Below are positions 10,918 to 21,191 of a stretch of DNA of 60,370 nt, piece by piece (position 1 is the stretch's first letter; each line of letters opens with the position of its first letter). A program made the position numbers and the translations under genes. Below the pieces are notes generated by a model that saw only the letters and a list, made by a program, of their open reading frames with translations, ran no database searches and was not told where the DNA came from. The stretch is from a virus (taxonomy: Duplodnaviria > Caudoviricetes), in IMG/VR virus record IMGVR_UViG_3300036805_000098, positions 1 to 60,370 of that record. One strand, given 5' to 3'.

Positions 10918-13900
10918 TTGGCCGACGCCTCCCCCCAGTCCCGGGCCGGACCGGTCGTGTCCGCCAGGATCGGCACGTTCTGCCAGGTCGTGGTGAACGC
11001 CGCCTTGACCACCGTCTTGATCTCCTCGGCCTGCTCCTCCGGGACACTCATCACGATCTCGTCGTGGACGAACGTCCGCAGGTACGGCCAGTACGCCTCG
11101 GGCAGCCGGAGCAGCGCGTCGCAGACCAGGTCCCTCGCACCACCCTGGCCCATGAGCGCCGGGGCCACGGTGTACGCCTGCTTCGGGTCGCACCGCATCA
11201 GCCGACCGAACCCGTTGTCCAGCAGCTCGCCGCGCCCACCCCGCTCGCGCACCTCCTCCCGCCACTCGATCAGCCGGGGGAAGCGCTCCTTCATCCCGTT
11301 GACGAACGCGTAGACGATCTCCGGGTCCGCACCGTCCCGGATCATCGCGTTGGCCCCGAGGCCGTAGTTCCAGCCGTGGCCCCGGGCCTTGGCGTCCTGA
11401 CGGCTGATCCCCAGCAGGTCGGCGATCTCCTGGTGAGCGTCGCGTCCAGGCTCGAAGAGCGCCATGTAGGCCGGGTCCTGGCAGTGACCGGCGATGGCCC
11501 GCATGTCGACCTGGCTCGCGTCGCAGGTGATCAGCACGTGGCCGTCGTCCGGAATGAAGATCGCCCGCTCCACGTGCTTCCCGGCGTGCTTGCCGTAGAC
11601 GGTCATGCCGGGCTTGGTCACGCTGGCCCGGCCCGACGCCTGCCGCATGCTCACCACCGGATGCACCCGGCCGTCGTCGCTCAGGTACGTCTTGGCCGTC
11701 TGGTAGACGGTCCGGGTGGTCGTCACGATCTCCATCAGGCTGAGCAGGTGCGCCAGCTCGGGCGGGCACTTCGGGTGCGAGGCGATCTTCCGCATCTCCT
11801 CGGCCTTGGTCGAGAGGTGGCCCTGCTCGGTACGCGGGGGCCGGGTGACGCCGTGCTCCTGCCAGAGGTTCTTCACCCAGGCGTTGCCCTCGGTCGTCGC
11901 CAGGGGCGACTTGGACGGCTCGAACACCTCGCGCTTGGCGGCGCCCCGGCCCCGCATGACCATCTTGCCGAGCGGGAGGCCCGCCGTATCGTGCAGCTCC
12001 TCCAGGGCAGCCGCCTTGCGCTCCTGGCCCTCGGTGTAGCGCTGCTCAAGCAGCTCCCGGTCCACCTTGAAGCCGTTCAGCGTCATCCGGCCCATCATGG
12101 CGAGGATCTTGTGCTCGCGCCGGGTGTAGTCGTTCTCCGGCAGGACGTTCCGGATGTGCTGCGACGCCTGCACGTCGCCCACCAGGTAGGCGTGGTAGTC
12201 GTGATCGTCCAGGGGGATCTGGTCGTAGCCACCGTGAATCTTCTTCAGCCGGGCGAGGTTGTCGGTCTTGCCGACGACCCCGTACCGCTCCGCCACGTGG
12301 TTCAGGTCGTAATCGTCGATCGAACCGTGGACCCGGCTGCGCGGGGGATGGGCCGCCCGGGACAGCGGGTCCGTGTCGGTGGCCTTGGCACAGAAGGCGC
12401 CCCAGTCCAGCCCGTGGTAGTACGCCAGCGCCAGGCCGTCGAAGCCGAGGATGTTGTGCCCGTAGACGGCATCCGCTTCGTTCAGCTTGGCCACGAGAGC
12501 GCCGATGTCCTTCCCGGTGGCGGTCTCCCCCTTCGCGTTGATCAGGCCACCGATCCGGATGAAGCCGGGCCCGTAGGTGAACAGCTTGTCGGCGTCGGCG
12601 CCCTCCAGGTCGAACCCGATCGGCCCGGCGGTGGCGTCGAACTCCGTGAGCGGGTCGACGGGGGACGGGGCGGGAGCCTGAACGGCCTCGGCCGCCACGG
12701 GGGGAGCCTCGGGCTCGGGTGCACTCACGGTGACGGGGGAGGGCACCTCGGGCACCTCATCCTCGAAGGGGTTGGCCGGAGGTCCGTCGTCGTTGGTTTC
12801 GATCATGCTTTCCTCATTTCCTTGATCGCTCTCAGGGCCGTTCCAAGATCGTGTACCGTCTGTACCGTCTGAATTGTTAACCCCTCGCGTATAGGGAGAG
12901 CTTTCGTTAACAGGTGCTGACGGTACAGGCAGTACATGATCTTGAGCAGTGGGGTTTTCCTGCGGTGACTCCGGAGAGTTACCTGGCGGGTTTCCGGGAT
13001 TTCCGAACGGCGAGTCGTCGATTCCACCCTCGGACGGATCGCCGATGCCATCCTCGTTGGTCTGGAACCGGACCCCGAGCCAGGCGTAGTAGCTGACTCC
13101 CGGATCGCTGTTGGGCCGAGTCGTCGACAGGCCGGGGCGGGACCTGATCCGCTTGCGTTCGACGTTGTTCTGGGTGCACAGATCGTGACCTCCGAACCGC
13201 GCCAGGAAGGTCTTGTCGCCCCACTCGTGGCCACCCTTGTCCCGCAGGAAGGCGTTGAACTTCTCGCGCAGCTCGGGGGAGATCACGTGCCGGTCGTGAT
13301 CGAACACGAGGTAGTCGGAGATGAAGTTGAGGATCGGGTCGCTCTCCATCCGCCATTCCCGCGTGTCGGCCACGATCTGCTCCGGCAGCTCGGGCATGAT
13401 CCGATTCAGCTCGTACCACCGCTGCGCCCCCACCACCATCCACGCGAGTGCCGCCTCGCGGACCCGGGGGTCCTCCTTGCAGCGCTCGCGCAGCGTCGGG
13501 TCACCGAGCCGGTCGTTCGGGCCCAGCACCTCGGCCGCCGTCTTCCGGTACGTGAAGGGGTACTTCACCAGGGCGAGACGGCGCCAGGTGCCGTGGTCGG
13601 TCTCGTCGACCATCGGCTTGTAGTTCGTGTTGACGAACAGCGAGTGCGTCGCCTCGAACACCACCGAGTCCTGCCGGATGCGCCGGGCGGAAATCTGCGG
13701 GGTGCCGGTGAGCTTCTTGAGCCGGTTGGTGTCGAGCCGACGGCTCTCGGGAGTCTCCTCCAGCACCGCGTACCGCACCCCCATGAAGTCCATCATCTCC
13801 GTGGGGTGGTTGTCGCTCGCACCCCCGAGCATCGCCCGGTCGCTGACCACGACGTGGTACCCGTTCTTCTTCTTGCCCGCCGCTCCGGCCAGGGCGTCGG

Positions 13901-15359
13901 CGATGGTCGTCTTGCCGTTGGAGCCACCCCCCCAGTTGATGATCGCGATGTCGTCCGGGGTCATGTAGCCGGTGAGCGCCTGCCCGGCCCGGAGCTGGTA
14001 CCAGTCGGCCACCTCGGGCGGCAGCGCGGTGAGCGCCAGGTCCCAGTCGGGGTGCTGCGCGCCCTTGACGTAGTCCTCTCCGCAGATGCGGGTCATGAGC
14101 TGGTCGGGGTCGTGCGGCTGGAGGGTTCCCGACCGCAGGTCGAGGATGCCGTTGGGACAGTTGAGCAGGTCCGGGTCAGCGTCGAAGTCGTCCGGCTTGC
14201 ACTCCAGCACGCCCCGCGCCAGCCGTACGAGCGACCCGAGGCGCCCGGCCGACAGCACCGACCTCCAGCCATCCATCTGGCTGCGCATGTCGCGGTTCGG
14301 GTCGACGCGCTGCCGGTCGAGCACGGCGTTGAACTGCTCCAGCGTCCACAGCCGGACCGCCTCGGTGACCGCCGCATCCGTCGCGGGCTCCCAGACCTTC
14401 CCGGTCCAGGTCATCCAGCCGAGGCCCGAGGCCCACCGGTACCGGCCATCGAGGTCTTCCGAGCAGACCGTGTCCGCCAGCACCGCATCGCTGAAAGCGG
14501 CATCCTTCGCACCATCGGCGGGCAGCTCCCGGCTGGAGGACGCACCGAGTTCTTCCAGCGTGCCCCCAGCGGCGAAGTAGTCGTCTACCCCCTTGACCGG
14601 CACTCCCCCGACCTCGGCCGGGATGATCAGGTACCAGACCCGCTGGGCGCCCTTGGACTCCAGCCACATGCCGAGGCGGCGCATGGCCATCATCACCGGC
14701 CGCTTGTCCCGGGCGTCGGAGTCGAAGCACACCACGACGTCCCGGCCCTGGATCGGGATGTCCTCCCAGTCGCCGAGCGTGCCCATCTTCGAGCGCCAGT
14801 TGAACACGCCCGTGAGCGTCAGCGCGGCCTTCCCCCGGCTGGCGAGGCAGTCGGCCTTCTTGACCCCCTCGGTGATCCAGAGCGGGTTGCTCGGGTCGCG
14901 GACGGCATCGCTGCACAGCGGAGGTACGTCGAGCCGGTTGGGGGTGCCTGCCTGGCTCGCGTACTTCTCCCGCTTGCCACCGGGCGCTTCCTGCGGAACG
15001 GCGGGCTTCCACTGGTAGCCGATGCGCTCTCCGGTGACCCGGTACATCGGGATCAGCAGCCCCGGGTACGCGCTGTCGTCGCGGTGGGCCCAGCGCGGAA
15101 TCCGGATCTCCTTGAGCCCGGCGCGCTCGTCGTCCGTTCCGGACAGCGTCCGGTACCCCCGGGCGGCGATGTGGTTGCGGTCGACGCAACTGCCGTTCAG
15201 TTCCGCGAGGTGCACCTCCGAGAGGTCGTCGAGGGTGACGGCCGCCGGGGGCGCCTCGGGCTCGCTGACGGCCTGCTCCGCCCCCGCCTCGGTACCGCTC
15301 TGTCCCGGACCGTCCGCCGGGTCGGCTCCGTACAGGAAGTCATTGATCGCATCGCTCAT
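10914..15359 (-). CDS. fused primase (DUF3854/Toprim-like) - D5/SF3 helicase - family A DNA polymerase
   Basis: WITEGVKKAD and CFDSD primase motifs; GGGSNGKTT and DHGTWRRL helicase motifs; FDLE and HNILGFD exonuclease motifs; polymerase motifs DASQVDMR, KARGHGWNYG, VHDE in one ORF. Confidence 0.9.
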   Translation of the reverse strand: MSDAINDFLYGADPADGPGQSGTEAGAEQAVSEPEAPPAAVTLDDLSEVHLAELNGSCVDRNHIAARGYRTLSGTDDERAGLKEIRIPRWAHRDDSAYPGLLIPMYRVTGERIGYQWKPAVPQEAPGGKREKYASQAGTPNRLDVPPLCSDAVRDPSNPLWITEGVKKADCLASRGKAALTLTGVFNWRSKMGTLGDWEDIPIQGRDVVVCFDSDARDKRPVMMAMRRLGMWLESKGAQRVWYLIIPAEVGGVPVKGVDDYFAAGGTLEELGASSSRELPADGAKDAAFSDAVLADTVCSEDLDGRYRWASGLGWMTWTGKVWEPATDAAVTEAVRLWTLEQFNAVLDRQRVDPNRDMRSQMDGWRSVLSAGRLGSLVRLARGVLECKPDDFDADPDLLNCPNGILDLRSGTLQPHDPDQLMTRICGEDYVKGAQHPDWDLALTALPPEVADWYQLRAGQALTGYMTPDDIAIINWGGGSNGKTTIADALAGAAGKKKNGYHVVVSDRAMLGGASDNHPTEMMDFMGVRYAVLEETPESRRLDTNRLKKLTGTPQISARRIRQDSVVFEATHSLFVNTNYKPMVDETDHGTWRRLALVKYPFTYRKTAAEVLGPNDRLGDPTLRERCKEDPRVREAALAWMVVGAQRWYELNRIMPELPEQIVADTREWRMESDPILNFISDYLVFDHDRHVISPELREKFNAFLRDKGGHEWGDKTFLARFGGHDLCTQNNVERKRIRSRPGLSTTRPNSDPGVSYYAWLGVRFQTNEDGIGDPSEGGIDDSPFGNPGNPPGNSPESPQENPTAQDHVLPVPSAPVNESSPYTRGVNNSDGTDGTRSWNGPESDQGNEESMIETNDDGPPANPFEDEVPEVPSPVTVSAPEPEAPPVAAEAVQAPAPSPVDPLTEFDATAGPIGFDLEGADADKLFTYGPGFIRIGGLINAKGETATGKDIGALVAKLNEADAVYGHNILGFDGLALAYYHGLDWGAFCAKATDTDPLSRAAHPPRSRVHGSIDDYDLNHVAERYGVVGKTDNLARLKKIHGGYDQIPLDDHDYHAYLVGDVQASQHIRNVLPENDYTRREHKILAMMGRMTLNGFKVDRELLEQRYTEGQERKAAALEELHDTAGLPLGKMVMRGRGAAKREVFEPSKSPLATTEGNAWVKNLWQEHGVTRPPRTEQGHLSTKAEEMRKIASHPKCPPELAHLLSLMEIVTTTRTVYQTAKTYLSDDGRVHPVVSMRQASGRASVTKPGMTVYGKHAGKHVERAIFIPDDGHVLITCDASQVDMRAIAGHCQDPAYMALFEPGRDAHQEIADLLGISRQDAKARGHGWNYGLGANAMIRDGADPEIVYAFVNGMKERFPRLIEWREEVRERGGRGELLDNGFGRLMRCDPKQAYTVAPALMGQGGARDLVCDALLRLPEAYWPYLRTFVHDEIVMSVPEEQAEEIKTVVKAAFTTTWQNVPILADTTGPARDWGEASAK

Positions 15360-15360
15360 C

Positions 15361-15858
15361 TCAGCCCTGCTCTCCATGCTCGAACCGGGCGCTGCGCGCT
15401 GCGGTCAGTGCGTCGTCGTAGACGGCTCCGAACGTCGATGGTCCCCCACCCTGCGGGTGAACCGTCGCCAGCATCGCCTGCTCCGGGTCGGTCATCACCC
15501 ACTCGGCCTCACCGGTCGTCGGCCGGGTCAGCAGCCATGCCGTTCCGGCTCCGCGCCGCCGGGGGATGTCGCCCGAGAAGATCACCAGGGGCGCCACGTA
15601 GAGGTTGATCTCCGAGGCCACGGTGAACTCCCGGGTGTCGGGCATACCACCCTTCACCTCCACGTAGAAGACCGGCACGTCGTCCCGCCCGGTGTTGATC
15701 CGGAAGTCGGGCAGGTACCGGCCACTGGGCAGGTCGTACCCCTGCGGCTCGAACTCCCACCGGATCTCCATGTGGTCGAAGGCGACCGCCCACCTCGCCT
15801 CCAGGCGGCTGCGGAACCGGCAGCCCGCATACCGTGTCTCGATCGCGTGCACGGCCAT
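15361..15858 (-). CDS. PD-(D/E)XK nuclease-like protein
   Basis: FRSRLEARWA...YLPDF...YVEVKG. Confidence 0.75.
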   Translation of the reverse strand: MAVHAIETRYAGCRFRSRLEARWAVAFDHMEIRWEFEPQGYDLPSGRYLPDFRINTGRDDVPVFYVEVKGGMPDTREFTVASEINLYVAPLVIFSGDIPRRRGAGTAWLLTRPTTGEAEWVMTDPEQAMLATVHPQGGGPSTFGAVYDDALTAARSARFEHGEQG

Positions 15859-15865
15859 GGCGGCC

Positions 15866-16075
15866 TCAGCTCGCGGACCGGGTGGGGACCACCGGAACCG
15901 CTACGACCGGAGTCAGCAGACCGTCCAGTTCCTTGACGCTGATGCGGGTGAAGCCCCGGCCGGGGCCGACCTTGTACCGCGTGAGGTCGCCCTCGCGCAG
16001 CCACCGGTAGATCGTCTGCTGGTTGCGGTGAGCCCGCTCGCAGGCTTCCTTGATCGTGATGTATCCGTCTTCCAT
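15866..16075 (-). CDS. excisionase-like HTH DNA-binding protein
   Basis: ITIKEAC...QTIYRWLREGDL; RBS GGAGG; borders the divergence point. Confidence 0.75.
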   Translation of the reverse strand: MEDGYITIKEACERAHRNQQTIYRWLREGDLTRYKVGPGRGFTRISVKELDGLLTPVVAVPVVPTRSAS

Positions 16076-16171
16076 GGCCGTCCTCCGGCTAAGTGGTGGG
16101 CCTTCACGATAGCGTGTTGCGTAACGGTAAGCTATCGTGGAAGACCCCGAATGAGGAACTGGAGATCGATC

Positions 16172-16636
16172 ATGACCATGGAGCAATGCCCCGGCGAGCG
16201 GGGCGAGACCCACGTCTGCCTGCCGGTCGCCGTCGGCCCCCGCGCCGGTATCCGGTGCCTGCTGTGCAACATCCCGATCGAGCCCGACCCCCGGGTGGGC
16301 TCCCGGCCGTCGATCAACACCGAGGCGACCACCGCTGCGATCAACGCCCGGGGAGCGCGGTGCAACCGCTGCAGGCACTGGACGTTCCGCCCGGCGCGCC
16401 CGGTCGGCTCCGGCATCGCGCAGCTTCCCGCCTTCTGCGCCAACTGCACGGACCTCGGCACCGGGTCGCCCCGGGTCGTCTCCGTTCAGCGCGCCGACAA
16501 CATGCTGGTCCAGGGCCGCACCGATACCCGGGAGGCCCAGCACCTGATCCAGTTCTCGAAGGCGTTCCCGGGCTACTGCTCCGATGGGACCTGCGGGCAC
16601 TGCGGTGCCTGTGAGCTGCGGAAGGAAGGATTCTGA
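16172..16636 (+). CDS. Cys-rich hypothetical protein
   Basis: RBS GGAG, several CxxC motifs. Confidence 0.6.
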   Translation: MTMEQCPGERGETHVCLPVAVGPRAGIRCLLCNIPIEPDPRVGSRPSINTEATTAAINARGARCNRCRHWTFRPARPVGSGIAQLPAFCANCTDLGTGSPRVVSVQRADNMLVQGRTDTREAQHLIQFSKAFPGYCSDGTCGHCGACELRKEGF

Positions 16637-16638
16637 CC

Positions 16639-17112
16639 ATGCCGTCCCAGTGGAAGTCGAAGACCTACGCACCTCCGGGCGTCACGTTCTCCCCCGAGGC
16701 GTTCGCGGACCGGGTCGGCCGGACGACCGACGGCTGCACGATCGTTGCTGCTGTCGTCGCCGAGGACGGCCGCTCGGTGGAACTCACCCTGGAGACGGAC
16801 CGGGAGCCCGTGGCGATGACGTCCGGGGGCGTTCCGGTGTACTCCATCGGCGTTCCGCCCCACCTCGCTTCCAGCGAGGTCCCCGCCCGTGATCCGGCCG
16901 CCACCCTGCTGCTGAAGGGTCTCACTCAGGCGAGTGCGCTGGGCTGGCGGACGATCTCCGTCCAGCGCCTGAAGCGGCTCGCCAATGGCGACGCCACCGC
17001 GCTGCCGAGGCGGGGGGAGCCCTCGGGCCGTATCTGCGTCGACCCGCGTTGCCCGGCCGGGCGCGCCCACTACGGCGCCTGCCCCGGACCGCACCGGAAG
17101 GACCCCTCGTGA
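16639..17112 (+). CDS. hypothetical protein
   Basis: RBS GAAGGA, coupled to helicase. Confidence 0.6.
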   Translation: MPSQWKSKTYAPPGVTFSPEAFADRVGRTTDGCTIVAAVVAEDGRSVELTLETDREPVAMTSGGVPVYSIGVPPHLASSEVPARDPAATLLLKGLTQASALGWRTISVQRLKRLANGDATALPRRGEPSGRICVDPRCPAGRAHYGACPGPHRKDPS

Positions 17113-18776
17113 CCGCCGCGACGCTGCACCTGCGCGACTACCAGACCGACTGCTTCCGGGAGGTCTGGAGCGCGTGGGCCCGGCGCATCCAGCGTCCGGC
17201 CGTCGTCCTGCCGACCGGCTCCGGCAAGACCGTCGTCTTCGCCCACATCGCCCGGGAGTTCGCCGACATCGGCCGGGCCTGCCAGACCCCGCACCGGGTC
17301 GTCATCCTGGTGCACCGCGACGAACTCGCCGACCAGGCCATCGACAAGATCCGCACGGTCGCACCGGACCTGAGCGTCGGCAAGGTCAAGGCGGCCGACA
17401 ACGAGGTGGGCGCCGACGTCCTGGTCTGCTCGGTGCAGACCCTCGTCCGGGAGCGCCGCCTGAACGACCTCCTGGGGTCGCAGTCGTACGCAGGGCAGAT
17501 CGGCCTCGTCATCGTGGACGAGGCGCACCACGCCGCTGCCGCCAGCTACCAGACGATCCTGCGAGGACTGGGCTGCTTCACCGGTCTCGCCAACGACGAC
17601 GTCCACACCGGAACCCGGACCCTCGGGGTCACCGCGACGATGGCCCGGGGAGATGGCGTTGGCCTCGGTGACACCTGGCAGGAGGTCGTCTTCCAGCGCT
17701 CCACGCTCTGGATGATCAGCCGGGGGTACCTGGTCGACGTGCGCGGCAAGGCCGTCGACCTGGAGGGGCTGGACCTGTCGGGCGTCAAGCGCTCCGGTGG
17801 CGACTACCAGGCGAAGGATCTCGGCCGCGCCATGATCGAGGCCCACGGGCCCGAGGTCGTCGCCCGTGCGGTGCAGGTCTACGCTCCCGACCGGCGGCCG
17901 ATCGTCTTCCTCCCGGACGTCGCCAGCGCGCACGCCACCACGGCCGAGCTGGTCAAGGCGGGCATCCCCGCTGCCACGGTCGACGGCACGACCTCCCGTG
18001 AGGACCGGCTGGAGATCTACCGCCGGTACCGCACCGGCGAGCTGCGGGCGATCGTCAACTGCATGGTGCTGACCGAGGGCGCCGATTTCCCGTGGGCGGA
18101 CTGCGTCGTCAACGCCCGGCCGACGACCAACCCGACCCTCTACATCCAGATGGTTGGCCGGGGCCTGCGCCCGTGGCCGGGCAAGACCGACTGCCTGGTG
18201 CTGGACGTGACCGGCGCCGGGGGTCGCCTGTCCACGCTGATCGACCTGGCCCCGGGCGAGGTGAGCAGTTTCCGGGCGGGGGAGTCGCTGGCCGAGGCGG
18301 CCGTGCGCGAGGTGGCCGAGGGCGACGCCACCGTGGAGGCCGAGAACCTGGCCTTCAACCTCAAGCACCGGGAGCTGGACCTGTTCAGCGCGTCGTCGCA
18401 CGCCTGGCTGCGGACGCCTGCTGGGGTCATGTTCATCCCGGTGGCCAACGAGTTCGTCTTCCTCTGGCCGGACGCCGACGGTCACTGGGCGGTCTGCTAC
18501 GCGGCGGGGCGCCGGGGGTGGAACCGGCTGCACCGGGGCCTCCAGCTCGGTACCGCGATGGCCTGGGCGGAGACCGAGGCCGAGGAGCGGATGCCCTTCA
18601 ACGGCACGAAGTCGGCCGACTGGCGGAAGCGCCGGGCCGAGCCCCGGCAGATCGCCATGGCGCGCAGCTACCGGGTCCCGATCGGCGACGACCCCCGCAA
18701 GGGTGCCCTCTCCGACGGCATCAGCATCGCCAAGGCGGCCGACCTGTTCGACGATCACATGAGGAGAGCGAAGTGA
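17109..18776 (+). CDS. SF2 DExH helicase
   Basis: LRDYQ, PTGSGKT, DEAHH, TAT, QMVGRGLR motifs. Confidence 0.92.
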   Translation: MTAATLHLRDYQTDCFREVWSAWARRIQRPAVVLPTGSGKTVVFAHIAREFADIGRACQTPHRVVILVHRDELADQAIDKIRTVAPDLSVGKVKAADNEVGADVLVCSVQTLVRERRLNDLLGSQSYAGQIGLVIVDEAHHAAAASYQTILRGLGCFTGLANDDVHTGTRTLGVTATMARGDGVGLGDTWQEVVFQRSTLWMISRGYLVDVRGKAVDLEGLDLSGVKRSGGDYQAKDLGRAMIEAHGPEVVARAVQVYAPDRRPIVFLPDVASAHATTAELVKAGIPAATVDGTTSREDRLEIYRRYRTGELRAIVNCMVLTEGADFPWADCVVNARPTTNPTLYIQMVGRGLRPWPGKTDCLVLDVTGAGGRLSTLIDLAPGEVSSFRAGESLAEAAVREVAEGDATVEAENLAFNLKHRELDLFSASSHAWLRTPAGVMFIPVANEFVFLWPDADGHWAVCYAAGRRGWNRLHRGLQLGTAMAWAETEAEERMPFNGTKSADWRKRRAEPRQIAMARSYRVPIGDDPRKGALSDGISIAKAADLFDDHMRRAK

Positions 18777-19174
18777 AGAACGGCAAGATCCCCAACCAGG
18801 GGCCCGACGTCCAGGGCCACTGCCCGATGGGCTGCGGGGAGACGCTGTTCCTCGGGTCGGGTGGCTACGTCACCTGCTCGTGGTTCAGTTGCCCCCGGCC
18901 GGATGCGGCGAGCCTGCTGCTGGAACAGACCGAGACCGACCACGTCGTGGAGTTCGCCGACGACGACACATTCACGATCATGCACCCGCTGCGCGAGCGG
19001 CTGGAGGGCGAGCTGATGGCCTGCCCGCTGCACGCGTACCTGGTGGGTCTGGTCGGGCCCCCGGTGGCGGCCGGGCGGTACCATGCCTCGTACCTCGGAT
19101 CGTCCGGACCGGGCGAGCTGGGGCACTGGGAGTTCGAGGAAATCGAGAGCGAGAGCGGAGAAGAACGTGCCTGA
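18773..19174 (+). CDS. Cys/His-rich hypothetical protein
   Basis: CPMGCG...HPLRER...CPLH; coupled to helicase stop. Confidence 0.65.
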   Translation: MKNGKIPNQGPDVQGHCPMGCGETLFLGSGGYVTCSWFSCPRPDAASLLLEQTETDHVVEFADDDTFTIMHPLRERLEGELMACPLHAYLVGLVGPPVAAGRYHASYLGSSGPGELGHWEFEEIESESGEERA

Positions 19175-21191
19175 CCAGACGACCGAGCAGCGGTATTCCT
19201 GCCAGAGCTGCGACCGCAGCGACCTGACCCTCACCCGGAACGGCCGGGTCCGCAGCCACGCGGCCGATGGCCGTCGCGCCGGTCCGACCAACCCGGCCTG
19301 CCCCGGTGGGTCGACGTTCCCGGTGGAGAACACCGAGCACCACACCCACGAGTTCGAGTACGCGGACGGAGACCCGGACTGCGGGTCGTACTGCGCCGAC
19401 GAGGCGTGTGGCATGGCCGAGCCGGAGGACGCGCCGGGCGGCGCCACCTACGACGACCAGCGCCCCACCCACCAGGAGGTCCGGGACGCCGAACTCGTCA
19501 CCCGGGCGCCGGGCGCTCCGGACGACATCCTGTCGGCGGCCGAGCGCGTTCTTGAGCGGGCCCACACCTACGGCATCCGGGGGAACACCAGCCCCAACCC
19601 GCACCGGCCGCCCCTGCCCCGCAACCGGCTGGAAGAGATCGCTGCTCAGACAGGAGACCGGACGTGCCCGCCGACGACATCAGTTCCTTCCTCAACGGAG
19701 ACGACCGAGGGCCCGACTACGGCCCCCCGTTCGATGCCAGCTACCACAGCGAGTGCGCCGAGTGCGGCGACTCGATCGACGAAGGCGACGTCATCCGGGG
19801 CGTCGGGGACGGAGACTTCATCCATGACGGCTGCCTCGAAGACTGGCTCGAAGCCCGCTGACGACGTCGCGGCGTTCCTGAACGGCCCTGCCAGCGGGGG
19901 CGGTGCGGCGGGTGGCGCTCCGGTGTCCAACGCCGTCCCCCGCGACCGCTGGGGTCGCTACCTGCTGCCGCACCCGGAGACGGGCCGTCAGCAGCCGTGG
20001 ACCCGGGCGACGACGCTCGCCAGTTCGGTGGCCGACACGTTCGCCCTGTCGATGTGGAGCCAGCGCATGGTCGCCAAGGGCATGACCCTGCGCCCCGACC
20101 TCTACGCACTCGCCTCGGGCTACGACGTCGCCGCCGACAAGGACGACATGAACGCCGTCTGCGACCAGGCGAAGTCGGCCGCCGGTGACAAGGTTGCCGC
20201 CAACTACGGCACCGCGATGCACGCCTTCACCGCGAAGATCGACCAGGGTGAGAAGCCCAACATCCCGCCGACCATGCAGGCCGACGTGGATGCGTACGTG
20301 GCGGCCCTGGCTGAGATCGGCCTGGAGATCGTCCCGTACATGATCGAGCGCCGCACGGCCATCACCACGCTGAAGGAGGGCGTCGCCGGGACGTTCGACC
20401 GGGTGTACCGGGTGATCCGGGACATCGCCGGAATCCAGGTCCCGTGGTCGAAGACCCTGCTCACGCTGCGGGCCGGGGAGTACGTGATCGGCGACCTCAA
20501 GACCGGCCGGGACCTGTCCTACGGCTGGGGTGAGATCGCCATTCAGGAAGCCCTCTACGCCCACGGCATCAACGAGACCGGCGTCTGGGATGCCGAGAAG
20601 CAGGTCTGGGAGCAGCCCCACACCCTGGAAGACGTGAACGTCCGGCTGACCGTCCGGGAGGACATCGGCGTGGTCGTCCACCTCCCCATCCAGAAGACGC
20701 CCGGCCAGCCCGCCTGCACGGTGTTCGGCGTCAACATCGCCGATGGCTGGGAGGCGACGCAGCTCTGCACGGCCGTCCGCCAGTGGCGCAAGAACAAGCA
20801 GCTCGCCACGGCGATCGAGGTCGTCGACCAGGTGCAGCCGCAGGGCCCGGCACCGGTCGGTTCGGAGCATGACGCTCCGGTGACGGTCGCCGTCCGTGTC
20901 GTCCCGGACGCCCCGAGGCCGGAGAAGCCCGTTCAGGCGTTCAACCGGCCGACGGCGGCCCAACTGGCCGACCACGCATCGGTACGCGGGGAGAAGGCAG
21001 CCTCGCCCGCTCCCGCCCCCCGCAAGCCGACCTGGGAGGAGCGGGCCGCCGTCGTCTCCACCAAGGCCGACGCCTCGGCCCTGTTCAAGGAGATGCGCGG
21101 TCACTACCAGGAGATCGGAGCGACCCGGTTCAACCAGGTCGTCGACAGCATGAAGAAGCGGCTCGCCTCCCTCGTGGAGAACGCTGGCTGA
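19167..21191 (+). CDS. Cas4/RecB-like PD-(D/E)XK exonuclease with long N-terminal extension
   Basis: GTAMH, AGTFDR, IGDLKTG, IQEALYA motifs in the C-terminal two-thirds. Confidence 0.8.
   Translation: MPDQTTEQRYSCQSCDRSDLTLTRNGRVRSHAADGRRAGPTNPACPGGSTFPVENTEHHTHEFEYADGDPDCGSYCADEACGMAEPEDAPGGATYDDQRPTHQEVRDAELVTRAPGAPDDILSAAERVLERAHTYGIRGNTSPNPHRPPLPRNRLEEIAAQTGDRTCPPTTSVPSSTETTEGPTTAPRSMPATTASAPSAATRSTKATSSGASGTETSSMTAASKTGSKPADDVAAFLNGPASGGGAAGGAPVSNAVPRDRWGRYLLPHPETGRQQPWTRATTLASSVADTFALSMWSQRMVAKGMTLRPDLYALASGYDVAADKDDMNAVCDQAKSAAGDKVAANYGTAMHAFTAKIDQGEKPNIPPTMQADVDAYVAALAEIGLEIVPYMIERRTAITTLKEGVAGTFDRVYRVIRDIAGIQVPWSKTLLTLRAGEYVIGDLKTGRDLSYGWGEIAIQEALYAHGINETGVWDAEKQVWEQPHTLEDVNVRLTVREDIGVVVHLPIQKTPGQPACTVFGVNIADGWEATQLCTAVRQWRKNKQLATAIEVVDQVQPQGPAPVGSEHDAPVTVAVRVVPDAPRPEKPVQAFNRPTAAQLADHASVRGEKAASPAPAPRKPTWEERAAVVSTKADASALFKEMRGHYQEIGATRFNQVVDSMKKRLASLVENAG
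19664..19861 (+). CDS. nested out-of-frame small Zn-binding protein
   Basis: AGGAG RBS before GTG; CAEC...HDGC; codons mostly end in G/C in this frame. Confidence 0.55.
   Translation: MPADDISSFLNGDDRGPDYGPPFDASYHSECAECGDSIDEGDVIRGVGDGDFIHDGCLEDWLEAR

Noticed and set aside
15866-16075. Integration module implied by the excisionase-like gene
   Set aside because: No tyrosine or serine integrase or att site is seen in the window; the protein is more safely called a generic HTH regulator
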